From the NCBI RefSeq assembly GCF_001194135.2, contig NC_068987.1:8683409-8747408 (forward strand): 64,000 bases of DNA. The letters are read 5' to 3'. Below, in pieces: positions 37,201 through 50,080 of this stretch (its first letter is position 1; each line of letters begins with the position of its first letter). A program made the translations under genes and the position numbers. Below the pieces are notes generated by a model. The model was given only the letters and a program-made list of their open reading frames with translations, ran no database searches and had not been told where the DNA came from. Origin of the DNA: Octopus bimaculoides (taxonomy: Eukaryota).

Positions 37201-37981
37201 TATTACTATCATCATCATCATCATTATTATTATTATTAATATTAATAATAATAATAATGACAACAACAACAACAGTTATTTTTTTTTTTGACAATAAATT
37301 TGATTTATTTCAGACATAACCAGTTTTCTGCTCTAAGTCAAGTAATAAAACATATACAGAGGGGAAAAAAATTGCTTCAATATAAATATAGTTTTCCATC
37401 TCAGTTAATTATATTTGTCCATTTCAATTTGAAAAATTAAAAAAACAAAAAAAAAACAAAACAAAGATATTAAAATTATATTTATGGCAATCTCCCCCCA
37501 GAGAGTATTAGATGATAGATATACTATACAGAAAACTCACTTCTCTATCTGACCCAGACATCTTACTCTGCATTATAACTACAACAACAATAACAAAAAT
37601 ATCTAATTGACTTCTTACACAGTCATTTTTGGCTTACACAAAAATTTATATTTCATTTCAACAAAGTATCATGTAAAGTTTACATTATTATTTACGAAAT
37701 TACTGAATTTAATAAAATAACTTTTAAGTTGATACAAGTTACACATGCTGTAATGCTTTAAGAGATCATAAATGACAGCATTTTGTTTGTTAAAGATAAA
37801 TATGATGTGAAAGGGAAGTTGCCAAGGGCAGTAAAGAAAGGAGTAGTTTACAAGAATTTTTTATCTGATTCCATTTCTAATTGGAGGTATAGTAGGATGT
37901 TTCTTTTATTCCTTCCCCACTTTTGGTTTTTGGCTATTTCCACCCCCACCCCTTTTGGTTTTTGCTATTTTATAATATCAT

Positions 37982-38199
37982 AATCATCGTCATTTAATGT
38001 CCACTTTTCCACACTTGCATGGGTTGGATGGATTTTGTTGTGGTGAATTTTCTATGGATAGATGCCTTTCCTGTCACCAACCCTCACGTGATTCCAAGAA
38101 AGATTGGGAATAAAGGACACAACTTCCATGAGAGTGAAACTCACATTTATCAAGTGATGTGAAGGCAAGGAAATAGCAACACACACACTTATACATACA

Positions 38200-38238
<39 letters not shown>

Positions 38239-38403
38239 GCACATACATACACGATTACCTTCTGTCTATCAGATCTACTCAAAAAGCTTTGATTGGCCTG
38301 GGGTTATAGCAGAAGGCATTTGTCTACAGTCCCATGCAGTAGAACTGAGCCTGAACCATTTGGTTGGTAAGCAAACTTCCTAGCACACAGCCATGCCTGA
38401 GCC
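37982..38403 (-). mobile_element. Modular SINE A/C
   Basis: Reverse complement of the 14501-14906 type with an internal (TA)n. Tail-only fragments also near 33940, 35215, 46880, 49520 and 50990. Confidence 0.78.
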
Positions 38404-38514
38404 TATCTGTAATCTTGAACTTATGCAGAAAAAATGGTGAAAAGCACAGAGAAGGAAATGGAAGAATAAGTATTGGACTAAGGTTGACTAATGCAAGTTT
38501 CATTCATTAGACTG

Positions 38515-38745
38515 TGCCTATGTTGGGGCATAATCTTGAAGGGATTTCGTTGAACAGATCGACTCCAATACTTATTTTAAAAATCTGGTATTCGTGTCTG
38601 TCTCTTTTGCTAAACCACTGAATTACAGGGATGTAAGCAAATACTGGCGGTCAGTGACATACATATTGGCTGGTCTAGGGGTGTAGTGGAAGACACTTGA
38701 TCAAGATGTGCATTGGGAATGAACCTGAAACCATATGGTGTCTAA
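38515..38745 (-). mobile_element. SINE family A (diverged)
   Basis: Reverse-complement homology to family A. Confidence 0.6.
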
Positions 38746-39662
38746 CTCCAAACCCCCCCAAAAAATTAACTGATAGAGAAAGAGGAAGTAAGAGTGTGAG
38801 AAAGAGATTGAGAGAGAGAGAGAGAGATATTAAACATGACAATGATCACAACTAATTTCTCTTCTCACACTTGTGTTTTTTCAATTGGATGGCAACTGAA
38901 GAATTTTTTTTTCATTTGGGAAGCAATTCAAAAATCTTTTCATTTGTATTTTGGGCAAAGTTTGCAAAGCAATGACAAACAAGGAGTTAGTCATTAAAGA
39001 ATTTAATGAAACAGTGAAAGGCCTTCAACAAGCTTCGAAATCCCAAGATCTGAATCCAAGGAAGAGCAAATGGTCAAGGCTGAACTCCATTCAGTAGGGG
39101 GGAACAAACAAACAAAAAAAAAACAATTTTCATAGCGTTGGAATAATTTTTTTTTTTTCAGCTTTTGGAAATCTCAAATTAAATGGAGACATTTGATGTT
39201 AATGAATAAAACTTGGTGACAAGAATATTGCTGAGGATTCACAGAAATCATTAAATCATTCAAAATTATTGTTTCTCTTTCATTTTAGCTTTAAATTAAT
39301 GTAGTTAAAGATAACCAATGCCTAAGAAAGCCTTAGAAAACATGCCCATTACTTCCAAACTCTTTCTACTCTCAGTAATTATATTTCTAAACACATGAAA
39401 TGCTAACTGCTGCTTTTTTTGGTAAAATGTGACCAAGCAATTTTTTGTTATGTAATTTTCTGAAGAAAAAANNNNNNNNNNNNNNNNNNNNNNNNNNNNN
39501 NNNNNNNNNNNNNNNNNNNNNNNNNNNNNNNNNNNNTTTAGATGTTGCAAAAGAAATTGTCACTGAGAGTAAAGTTATCACTTCCATTTTACATGAGGTA
39601 AAATTCTTGAAGTAAAAGAAAAAAAAATTTCTCACTTTATTTTTGTCTCTTACTCTAAATAT

Positions 39663-39706
<44 letters not shown>

Positions 39707-39708
<2 letters not shown>

Positions 39709-40035
39709 AAGGAGCTCACTTTACTACCATGTGGATTGTGGGTTCAAGCCCACTATGCAGCACTTTGGGCAACTGTCTTCTACCAAAGATCTTGTGAGTG
39801 AATTTGATGGGCAGAAACTGTGTGAAAGCCCATTGTTAATGTTTATGTGTGGTTCCCCACCACTACTTGACAACCTGTATTGGTTTGTTTACATTCCTGT
39901 AACATAGCAGTTCAGCAAAAGAGACAGACCAAATAGGTATCAGACTTAAACTTAAGTACTGGGGGTGACTAACCCTTCAAATGGTATCCCAGCATGGCCA
40001 CAGTCCAATGACTGAAACAAGGAAAAGAATAAAAT
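39707..40035 (+). mobile_element. SINE family A
   Basis: Homology to 8807-9186. Confidence 0.75.
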
Positions 40036-40150
40036 ATCTTAGTGTGAACATCCGACATAGTAATGTTTTATAAAGGCAGTGTGAAGCCAAGTGCAGCAGT
40101 TGCATTACATAATGTGCAACTGTTTCATTGTGAAGGTACATAGCCAAGTG

Positions 40151-40200
40151 CAGCGTTTTTCAAGCTGTGGGTCCCAACCCTTGAGTGGGTTGTGACAAAG
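40151..40200 (+). mobile_element. hAT/Charlie-like terminal fragment
   Basis: cagcgtttttcaagctgtgggtcccaaccc resembles CAGTGTTTTTCAACCTGTGGGTCGCGACCC-type ends; no partner end found. Confidence 0.4.
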
Positions 40201-40794
40201 AGGTTTGAAAAATGGTGGCCTAGTGAATAGGGTGTTACACTCATGACTGCAAGATCATAGTTTCAGTTCCCCGACTGGGGAGTGTGTTGTGTTCTTGAGC
40301 AAAACACTTCATTTTATGTTGTTCCTGTCCACTTAGTTGTAAAGGAATAACCCTATGAAGGACTGGTATCCCATTCAAAAAAAATGTTGTGCTCTTGGTC
40401 ATTTATACATCATGGAAACTAGGCAATCAGTTGTAGGAGTCTAGGACTCAAGACAGTAATATCTAGTTGTTTCATTAGCCTAAGAAGGATATAAAAAAAA
40501 AAGAAAAAGAAAAGCAGGTTTTGAACGTGGAACCATGTGACTAAACTAAATATTGTATATTTTGTCCTCCAGCTGCACTGACCATTGTCATTATTCTATT
40601 CATTTATACTCAATAAGTACCAGTTGAGTACTGGGGTCGATGTAATTGACTGCCCCTCTCCTCCAAATTTCAGGCCTTGTGCCTTTAGTAGAAAGGATTA
40701 TTCTGTTCGTTATATTATCTTGAGTCTCTGGGACACCTACGTAGTTGAAGTAAGATGCACTTTATAGAACAGGAGATCAAATGTTACCCCTTTT

Positions 40795-40795
<1 letters not shown>

Positions 40796-40850
<55 letters not shown>

Positions 40851-40876
40851 TGAGAGAGAGAGAGAGAGAGAGAGAG
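40796..40876. repeat. (GT)n(GA)n microsatellite
   Basis: Seen directly. Confidence 0.95.
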
Positions 40877-41234
40877 TTTGATAAATGATATGAAAATAAA
40901 ATTTTGAAATGATAAAAGATTTCTGTTGAACTGTAAAAGACAACGAGGTATCAAAGACAGAAGACTGTAGACAGTACTCACAATATCTGGCAATAATAAT
41001 CAATGATGTTCAATACATTACGAAAATGATGGATAACTTACCTGAAAAGAAAACAAAAATGAGAGGATATAGAACATATTAACATAAAAAAAAAAGTTAA
41101 AATAAAAAATCGTAAACTAGTAACAATGTTATCCTTATCATTTATTTACCGTTTCCTTCTTTCTACTGATAGTAAAGTTCTTTCTTCTGTCTTTTTCTCT
41201 CTCTCCCTTTTAAATCATTTTTATTATTTCAGGG

Positions 41235-41450
41235 TTAAGACAGTGGAATTAGCAGAATTGTTAGCACACTGGACCAAATACTTTGTGGCATTTCTTCTAG
41301 CTTTACGCTCTGAGTTCAAATTCCACCAGCATCAACTTTGTCTTTCATTTTTTTTTTCATGGTCAATGAAATAAGTACCAGCCAAGTACTAGGGTCTATG
41401 TAACCAACTTCTGGACTTTGTGTCTGTAGTTGAAAGGATTATTATTTCAG
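41235..41450 (+). mobile_element. SINE family B (further copies near 40590, 48748, 51560, 53640, 57530)
   Basis: Family B homology. Confidence 0.75.
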
Positions 41451-41469
41451 GGCCAGAGATAAAGCTCCA

Positions 41470-41716
41470 CGAGGTTCCGGCAGGGGTTGGTGGCGAACCC
41501 TGCTGTACTCTTTCTCTCACTCTTACGTCCTGTTTCTGTTGTGCCTGTAATTCAAAGGGTCAGCCTTGTCACACTGAATATCCCCAAGAACTACGTTAAG
41601 GGTACACGTGTCTGTGGAGTGCTCAGCCACTTGCACGTTAATTTCACGAGCAGGCTGTTCCGTTGATCGGATCAACTGGAACCCTCGACGTCGTAAGCAA
41701 CGGAGTGCCAACAACA
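41470..41716 (+). mobile_element. CpG-rich SINE/LINE-tail family ending in (CAA)n
   Basis: gtggagtgctcagccacttgcacg...gttccgttgatcggatcaactggaac (hairpin)...cggagtgccaacaaca; GC-rich and apparently young. Confidence 0.6.
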
Positions 41717-41812
41717 TAGGGTAGGTGTGAAAGGCAGGATTTGGACAGTTTGAACATAAAATAAGAAGAATATTTGGGCCAGATGTAGCCAGTTTAAATG
41801 CTAAAGAGTTAA
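41717..41812 (+). mobile_element. piggyBac-type MITE, family 2 (3' half)
   Basis: tagggtaggtgtga...aatgctaaagagTTAA; left half replaced by a SINE tail. Confidence 0.7.
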
Positions 41813-42557
41813 AATGATTGTTAAACCCAGAGTAGTAATTGAGCTAAGTAAATTTTTAAAAAAGCTTAAATTTGTCTCAGACAGAATTTCGTCATCATTT
41901 AGGCCAGAGGTTCCAAATTATATAGACCTAAACCAACAAGTATACAACACAAATAGAATGGTTACAACTGATAAGCTATCTGAAAAATAAATTGTGATGA
42001 AATACAACAATTACCCACCATTTTCAAACAAAATATTTTCACATAAGCTACATTATTTCGCTACTCAAATATTTAAGATATAACAAACATGATTATAACT
42101 CATTAAAAATGGAACGGTTTCTTGATAAAACAAATGCTAAATCATGTTTAAAAAAATAATAATAAAAATAACAAATTAAATACTGGACAAATGTGATGAC
42201 TAAGTTGAGATGGGCTTCAATTATTAACCTGCTTTCTTATCTTATCAGTTAAACGTACACACACAAAAACATCAGGTTGATAGTTGAAAAGTACATGACA
42301 AAACATTTTAAAATATATTTTTTACTATTTTACAGTTAGTTTGCTTTGTTTTCACATGAAGTTTTTCCTTTTTACATTGCAGCAATTCATATTACAACTA
42401 GATGTCTTTTCTTAATCATTTTTTTATTTTTATTAAATACTTGTGATTTTAATTTTATTTCATGATGTCATGGGTGTGTGGTATGAAGTTTGTTTCCCAA
42501 CCACATGGTTCTGGGTTCAGTCCTACTGAGTGGCACCTTGGGCAAGTGACTTCTACT

Positions 42558-42786
42558 TTAACCCTTTTGATACCAACCTGCCTGAAACTGCCCCTGGCTC
42601 TGTAGTACAAATGTCTTGTTTTCAAAAGTTCTGAATTAAAATCTTCCACCAAACCTTAGTCACAATTTATGTTCCTAACACTAGCTGAATGATAACTAAG
42701 TTATTTTACTAAATTCTTTGTTATATTTAAAGTAATTGAAAGAAACACAGAGCATCTCAACAGAAATATGATAATAAAAGGGTTAA
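42558..42786 (+). mobile_element. piggyBac-type MITE, family 1, inside a SINE
   Basis: TTAA-cccttttgatac ... ataaaaggg-TTAA; SINE head at 42470-42557 and SINE tail at 42798-42850. Confidence 0.85.
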
Positions 42787-42861
42787 AAATATATATGTGC
42801 ACCAGCATGACCGCAGCCACTTGGCTGAAACATATAAATAAATAAAAAAGAGAAACAATTC

Positions 42862-43060
42862 TTAATCCTTTTGATACCAACCTGGATGAAACTGCCTCTG
42901 GCTCTGAGTACAAATGTCTTAATCTTCCATCAAACCTTAGTCACAATTTATGTTCCTAACACTAGCTTAATGATAACTAAGTTATTTTACTAAATTCTTT
43001 GTTATATTTAAAATTAATTGAAAGAAACACAGAGTATCTCAACAGAAATATGGAAACGAA
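42862..43060 (+). mobile_element. piggyBac-type MITE, family 1 (internal deletion, right end missing)
   Basis: Nearly identical body to 42558-42786. Confidence 0.8.
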
Positions 43061-44290
43061 TGTATCTACAAAAAGAAGCTTTCACAAAAATGTATCCACT
43101 TTAAAAGAAATGCTGCTTTAATTGTTTATAATTTTAACTAGTTTCCACTGATATAATGAGGTTATTCTATTGAGTGTTATATCAAATATCCAATGAAAGA
43201 CTAATGATTACATGTAGAAAGAAAGCTGTCTAGAAAAAGTTACTTATCTATTAAAAAAGCATCATATCCTTTCTTATCTATGAGCTGTAAATCTACTACA
43301 TACTACATTACACTCCTGTTAAAGGATTATTTATTGGAAATGTTATCAGCAAATATTTGATATATACTGACAGCAAAGTGGCCAGTAGAAAATAGAAATA
43401 AATATTCAAAAGTAGGTCCAACTGAATTTGCTAGTACCAGGAGGCTGTTAGTTGAATAAAGTGTTTAAGATTTGAGGAATAACATTTGTAAAATGTCTTG
43501 CATAAATCTGTTGTCATTTAGACTAGACTCACATTTGTTTTATAATACTGATATAAAAGAAGAAGAAAAAAATACCACTGGAATTAATTGTGTAAAAAAG
43601 TACTGATATTTTATGACATTAATCAAAGCTGGACCAACCATTTCATGTTATCCTATCCCTGCTCTCCTTAGTTTTCTAATAAACAACCTTTTTGGAACCG
43701 TTTGTAAATTCATTTATGTTAATGTAACTACAAAATTTAAGTTTCTGAGTAAATGAATCCTATTAGAGTATCAAGTATCAGAGGACTACACGTTTTTCTA
43801 TGAAGTTGCAAATGATAGAACAAATGGAGAAAAAAACCCAAATAATTTAAGGACTAAATATGCACTTCATATTTTGAATCTATTTCCAAAGAGATGTGAT
43901 AGGATTAGTGAAATAGATTCATCATCAACATCATCAATCCTTAGAATTATTCATTTACAGCTGAGTGAACTGAAGTAATGTGAAATGATGTGTTCTGCTC
44001 AAGAACACAATACATCGCCTGGCCCAGGTATCAAAACCATAATCTTGTGATCATAAGTTGCAACACCTTAACCATTAGACAAGTAAAAAAGTGCAATAAC
44101 GGCACAACAGAATGATAATGATTTCCATACAGCATTTTTTAACATAGGAATTAAGTTGACTACTATTGAATTTTTGGATCATAAGCTTCATGAATAAAAT
44201 AGCAAAAGGATCTTGACAACTGGTGAGGTTCTGTGCTAGAAAACATGTCCGAAACAAATTCTATGGTTAATTAAGACTTTTAGCACAGGT

Positions 44291-44909
44291 ACCCAAATGT
44301 CGTTTGACAGTGAATGGAACTGGGATAGGAGCAGAAGGACAGTTTTGTATATCTGGGAAGTTGGATAACATCAGATGGAAGGTCAGATAAGGATATCAAG
44401 TGCAGAATTGGATTAGCAAAGAAGACTTTTATGGATATAAGGAGTTTTTTTTTGTGCAAAGAGAATTGGAATGGAAGTCAAGAAAAGACTGTTGAAGTGC
44501 TACATCTGGTCGGTGCTAACGTATGGATGTGAGTCTTGGACGATATGTAAAAGTCATGGAGAAGAGACTCAAAGCTGCAGAAATGTGGTTTTATAGAAAA
44601 ATGCTTAGAATTTCATGGGTATAGAGGGTGATGAATGTGGAAGTGAGGAGACAGTTGATGGATACTATCAGAGAGAGAGACGGTGGAGATTTGTTGGCCA
44701 TTTTCTAAGAGAAGATAACAGAATGGAGCATTACATGGAGACCGAGCTGGAGGGAAGGAGAGCGAGAGGAAGGCAGAGAATGAAGATGTTTGACTGGAGG
44801 AAGAAGAGAATGAACGTGCAGAGCAAGGAAGACCTGGGTGATGTTGCTAGAGACAGAAATAAATGGAGGAGAAACAAGACATGATTCATCAATGGCATGA
44901 ATATGCCAT

Positions 44910-44910
<1 letters not shown>
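44291..44910 (+). mobile_element. 5'-truncated RTE-clade LINE 3' end
   Basis: Frameshifted motifs FVYLGSWITSDG, LLKCYIWSVLTYGCESWT, AAEMWFYRKMLRISW, GRRARGRQRMK, DVARDRNKWR; terminal stem-loop atggcat-gaat-atgccat; followed by (GA)n. Confidence 0.85.
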
Positions 44911-44964
<54 letters not shown>

Positions 44965-45018
44965 NNNNNNNNNNNNNNNNNNNNNNNNNNNNNNNNNNNN
45001 NNNNNNNNNNNNNNNNNN

Positions 45019-45068
<50 letters not shown>
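44911..45068. repeat. (GA)n microsatellite spanning a gap
   Basis: Seen directly. Confidence 0.95.
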
Positions 45069-45069
<1 letters not shown>

Positions 45070-45288
45070 ATTTAAACTGACCATATTCAGCCCCCAAAAT
45101 ATTCTACCTGTTTTATGTTCAAACTGGCCGATCTGGCCTCTCACACCTGCCCTACAATGTCATTCTAAAAAAATAAACAAGCATATGATTGAAATCTCAT
45201 AGCTACAAGGTAATGCATGACTAATACAAATCAATGTGAATAAATAAACATAACATGTGACAGAGTAAGCTGAATGCTAGAGGATTAA
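45067..45288 (-). mobile_element. piggyBac-type MITE, family 2
   Basis: Reverse complement of the family-2 body; one end abuts (GA)n, the other ends gaatgctagaggaTTAA. Confidence 0.7.
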
Positions 45289-46104
45289 TGAAAAGAGGAA
45301 ATAAACCAAAATCTGTTGAGAGCTATGTAGTTATCTTAAAGATAACTGCAGTAAAAACACCAAACACGGATATCAAAGCTAAGAGTAAATTTACAGAACA
45401 TTGTGGACACTGTTATAAAAGAAGATAAACTAAAAATTTATATAACTTATCAAAAAGCAAATTTGGTCAAACTATATTAAGGTCAACAACCCTATTTCTT
45501 ACTTCAAGTAGCTGGATATCTCTTTCTGTTCGTGCGCAATTTTATACAAGATAAACATTTATTTCATACAAATATTGCTTTTCTTTCATGATCCAAGTTT
45601 AACAGATGTGAACAACTCAACACCAAATAAGAGATAATGAATGGAAATAGATTTTTAGCTTTTAGATCTGAGGATAAATAGTCGTAAATTTAAATCAGGG
45701 AGTGTTGGAGTCAAATATTTGAGTTATCTATGTGGAAACTGAAATGAAAGTTTGAAAAGTTATGAAGAGATGAAAAATCTATTGAACGATAATAGAACTC
45801 AAAATTCTGTGTATGTAAGTACATGTATGTATGTATGTATGTATGTATGTATGTGTGTGTGGGGATATATATATATATATGTAATAATGAATTATAGGAA
45901 AGTTTGATCAAGTAAAAATTTTCTTGATATGGAATGTAGCAGTAAGGAGAAAGAAAATAAACTTTTGCTGTACAATTTTTTTTTTAATGACTTAGTCCCA
46001 AACAAGGCTTGAAGTAACAGTAGTGTAAGGGACTACAAAAAAAAAAGAAAAAAAAAAGAAGGAGCATACAAATTCAAAAGATATTGATTGATAGAAGCTT
46101 AAAT

Positions 46105-46320
46105 ATCACAGACCAGAGGAAAAACAAGATGATAGTAGTGAGCTTCAGAGAGTAGCAATTTGAGAAAAGAAGCTATTAGAATAAAAAGACTTATCACTAA
46201 CTGGAAGCTCAACAGAGAAACGATGCCCCAGGGAAGAGAAGCGGATGACATGTTTAAAGGTCTTGATAGAGTACTAGACCCAAAAGTTCATCAAAGCAAG
46301 CAATTACTATGGAAATACTT
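46105..46320 (-). mobile_element. Decayed CR1/L2/Jockey-like LINE 3' remnant
   Basis: Minus-strand translation ...FSVELPVSDKSFYSNSFFSQIATL*SSL resembles the terminal YSNSFFPRT..LWNSLP motif. Confidence 0.45.
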
Positions 46321-46594
46321 ATAGAAAAGACACAATGAAGATATAACATTTTCATGATGAGCTAAAGGCTCCAACCTACCAGGAAAAAGAAGACTATGTA
46401 AACAGGTTGGTTCTGAATTTAGTTATATTCTTGTTACTCGTTACACACCTTCATGCACATAGGTAATTTCATCTGTATAACATTGTTATGCTAGGCTATG
46501 AAATATTTCAGTAACAAGGAAGTTATTACTGATTTCATTTAAAGTATTGCTAACCAATATCAACTTTCTGAAATAAGATTAATAATCAATCAAT

Positions 46595-46755
46595 CGATCG
46601 AGAAAGAAAGGAAGAAAGACAGACAGGCAGAGAGAAAGAGAGGGGGAGAGAGAAAGAGAGAGGGGGAGAGAGAAAGACAGAGAGAGAAAGACAGGCAGAA
46701 AGATAGGGGGAAAAAGAGAGAGAGAAAGACAGGGAGAGAGAGAGAGAGAGAGAGT
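46595..46755. repeat. Purine-rich GA/GACA low-complexity tract
   Basis: Seen directly; includes a duplicated ~20-bp gagagaaagagagaggggga unit. Confidence 0.9.
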
Positions 46756-47427
46756 AAGAAATGGCCAAATGAAAGGTGAAAAACATCACAAATTTATAAG
46801 GGAGCCAGGAGAAGAAAGGATTCCAGCTCTAAATTTAATGATAGAATCTGTAGTGAAAATTGTGGGATTACATCACAAGTTCATCATCATCATTGTTTTA
46901 GTATCGACATTTACATGTTTGCTTGGGTTGAATGGAGCTTACTGAAGCAGATCTACTGCCCAATGCCATTTAAAAGTTGCCAACCCTCACCTGCTTCCAA
47001 GCAATGCAATTTGACAGCCATTTAAATCCTTTACACCAAACCATATAACGTATAAAATAAACCTTTCTAAATATTTGTATTGCCATAGCCCCCAGTTCTT
47101 AAATCTCTTCCATACTAATCTGTTTGCTTTCACAGATTTTCTTTCTTTCTTTTCTTTTTTCTTTTTTTGTTTGTTTAAACAAAATCCTGATAAACATTAA
47201 ACTATTAAATTAATAAAGCAAAATCAATATTATCACACTAAACGACAGCTGGTTATTTCTGCAGACATAATGTAAAGTAAGTAAGATTAATTTAATAATC
47301 TATACTTCTGCACCTGAATATTGAAAATACAGAGGAGATATTTCTTATTAAATAAATTCGGTTTTGTTGTTTTACAATGTATGGAAAATAACTAAAATCC
47401 ACATTGTTTTTCCCTCTTAATGTTAAC

Positions 47428-47640
47428 CAGGGTTGTAGAGTCAAAACAAAAATCTTCAACTTCGACTCCTCTGACTCCGATTCCTCTTTATGTAATTAAG
47501 TGATTGTGGTCTACATATCTCATAAAGCATATGCATACGCCTGTACTATGAGTAGGCCTATATGTTAGAACTGGTTTATATTAAAGAATAAAGATAGTCG
47601 GAGTTGGTATAGTTTTACTGACTCCGACTCCACAGCCCTG
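47428..47640. mobile_element. hAT-type MITE, 213 bp
   Basis: TIRs cagggttgtagagtc / gactccacagccctg; perfect 8-bp TSD ATGTTAAC (47420-47427, 47641-47648); subterminal GACTCC repeats. Confidence 0.88.
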
Positions 47641-48375
47641 ATGTTAACGTTACATTAAAAGAAATAACAGGTGAGAAATTAAACTAAATAATAGATTCTC
47701 AAACAAAGCAATAAGTTGGTTCTTCAATACTATCATTTCTCTGCTTTTCATTCTTAATCTGACAATCAGCCTATCACCACAACAGCTTGGGAAGTCAATC
47801 AAAAGAAACAATGTTTCTTCTGCCAAGTTACACCTCATTCTGCACTCCTTCAGTTATCAAAATGGAATCATTCACAGAGTATAATTCAGACATTTGGGAA
47901 ACTTTCCTATCTTTTTCAATGAGAATATTGGACAAAATCCAAATAGAACCTGCCCACTTCAGGACCTTACTCTAGGTAAAATTATCAACATATATTTTCA
48001 ACAACTGCCAAGAGGAACTTGCTTTTGGTGTTCTATTTTTGTATAATGCAGTTAAAAAAAATGAAGCTATCAAGTTGACTATAGAAATATACTTATCAAC
48101 AACACAATCTACCATAGCTTTTTTTGTTCTTTTCTCCGTTTTTTAATCTCCCAGAATAAACACTTCCATGAAGAACAGTTATCCAACAAAAATTGGTAAT
48201 TGGTAATATGCTCAGACTATTTTTATTTTTGTGATTTTAGAACAAGAAGCGCAAATGTGGCTGCATGGTAAGAAATTTACTTCACAACCACATCTTCCTA
48301 GGTTCAGTTCTGTGTCATGGCACCTTGAGCAAGTGTCTTCTATAGTCTAAGGATTGATCAAAACTTTGTGTCTTG

Positions 48376-48409
<34 letters not shown>

Positions 48410-48411
48410 TA

Positions 48412-48695
48412 ACCAAAGAGGCTGATTCCTACCTAGCTCAGATACCAGGAAACCCCAAAATGGCAGAAATTCAAAAGATAGTGCTCATGGGAACTGCACA
48501 TATCCTGTGTAAAATACTATGTAATCTCAAATTTTAAGTCAAACTTATAATTTTCATGTGTTTTCTTAAACATTCTCTAGAACAATACCATGTTCAAAAC
48601 CAAATATATGACACCAACATAAACTTCTAACTTGTTGTCTCTTGAGGTATCTGGGTGAGACTTGGAGTCAACTTGTACAAATACAAAGCAAATGT
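48412..48695 (+). mobile_element. 5'-truncated Dong/R4-type element (subfamily B)
   Basis: TKEADSYLAQIPGNPKMAEIQKIVLMGTAHILCKILCNLKF* plus 3' UTR, between (TAA)n 48376-48411 and 48696-48747. Confidence 0.78.
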
Positions 48696-50041
48696 TAATA
48701 ATAATAATAATAATAATAATGATAATAATAATAATAATAATAATAATGGTTTTTGATTTAGGCACAAGGCCAGCAATTTTGAGGGAGGGGTTATTAGTTG
48801 ATTACATTGACCCTAGTACTTAACTGGTGCTTTAATGTATGAGTGAGTCCTGGAGTGATGAATGGTAAAGTTGACCCCAGCAGGATTTGAACCAACTAGA
48901 TGTAGGCTAGATTAAGGAAAGAAAAAATATTGTTCTTCCACCCATGTTCCAACTCGTAAATACATCTACCCCCCAAAAAAAAAGAAAAAAAGAAAGAAAG
49001 AAAAGAAAAAGAAAAAAGCCATAAGAGAAGTGTGATTGCACAAAGGTAACATTATTTATACAGCTCAGCTTCATTTTGTTATTTCAACTAATCCATCACC
49101 TCCCACCTATCAAGATACCAAACTTTGAAAATTTTTATATGAAGGAATGTAGACAGAATTTGAGTATAGAGAGCTTTTGTTTGGGATTTTTTGTTATTTC
49201 ACCTTTATTAGTGAATCCAGAAGCAGCATGAGAGCAAGGTAAACAACTGAAACTAAGCTTATTCTTCAAAGCCATCCGTCCCAACCCTAATGCAGCTGTT
49301 AAATCCACTGAAGATATTGATGATCCACCTGTTGTTAACTTATTCCCTAATTAGATTTCTTTGAGCGCAAGGTAACAGCCAGGGCAGCTTCATAGCTCTA
49401 CAAATTAATAACGACATACTGTTACCTCTAATTCTTCATTAGTTTATCAAACCATTGTTATTCTGGTCATGGAAGAGCACAGTTCATGTATATGTGTGTG
49501 TGTTTTGCTTGGTCCATTCAATTTTACAACTATTCCGCCAACGCCATGCTTCCATGGATTAGATGAAAACACTATTGAGGTATTGTTTTTATATCTAGAT
49601 ACCCATCCTGTTGCCAATCCTTACCTGCTGTTCAGTCAAGGTGTCATTTATTCCATGGGGCTTTGAAGGTACAAAGTGAGTAAATGATTTGCTGACAGAA
49701 CTGATAATGAGTAACAACACCCACTGCACCTTTCATACAAGTGAACACAAATATACACAAACATACAGGCACAAAACATGCATGTGCATACGCAAACACA
49801 CTGGTCTTCTTTCAGTTTCTGTGTCCCAAATCCATGGGGTTGATGAAGAATTCTAAGTATTTAGCAATGTCAATTTGTACATGAAAGAAATAATCAGTAA
49901 CTCAAAGATTTGCATCCAAGGCACCTCTCTAAGATGCTGCAAAGTGGAACTGAACCCAAAATCATGTGGGTGGGAGGCAAATTCTAAACCACATAGCTAT
50001 GCCTGTGACTATAAAGATCTAACTTATAAATTTGATAAGAT

Positions 50042-50080
<39 letters not shown>

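Noticed and set aside
37541-37567. 27-nt candidate micro-exon SKMSGSDRE with a gtgagt donor
   Set aside because: Weak acceptor; indistinguishable from chance without RNA data.
38972-39097. 41-aa plus-strand ORF with SQDLNPRKSKWSRL
   Set aside because: Not a gene; at most a decayed Tc1-type SPDLNPIE.LW remnant, too degenerate to call.
41640-41716. Possible HDV-like ribozyme in the CpG-rich repeat tail
   Set aside because: I could not build P1/P2/P3; simple stem-loops typical of retroelement 3' ends explain it.
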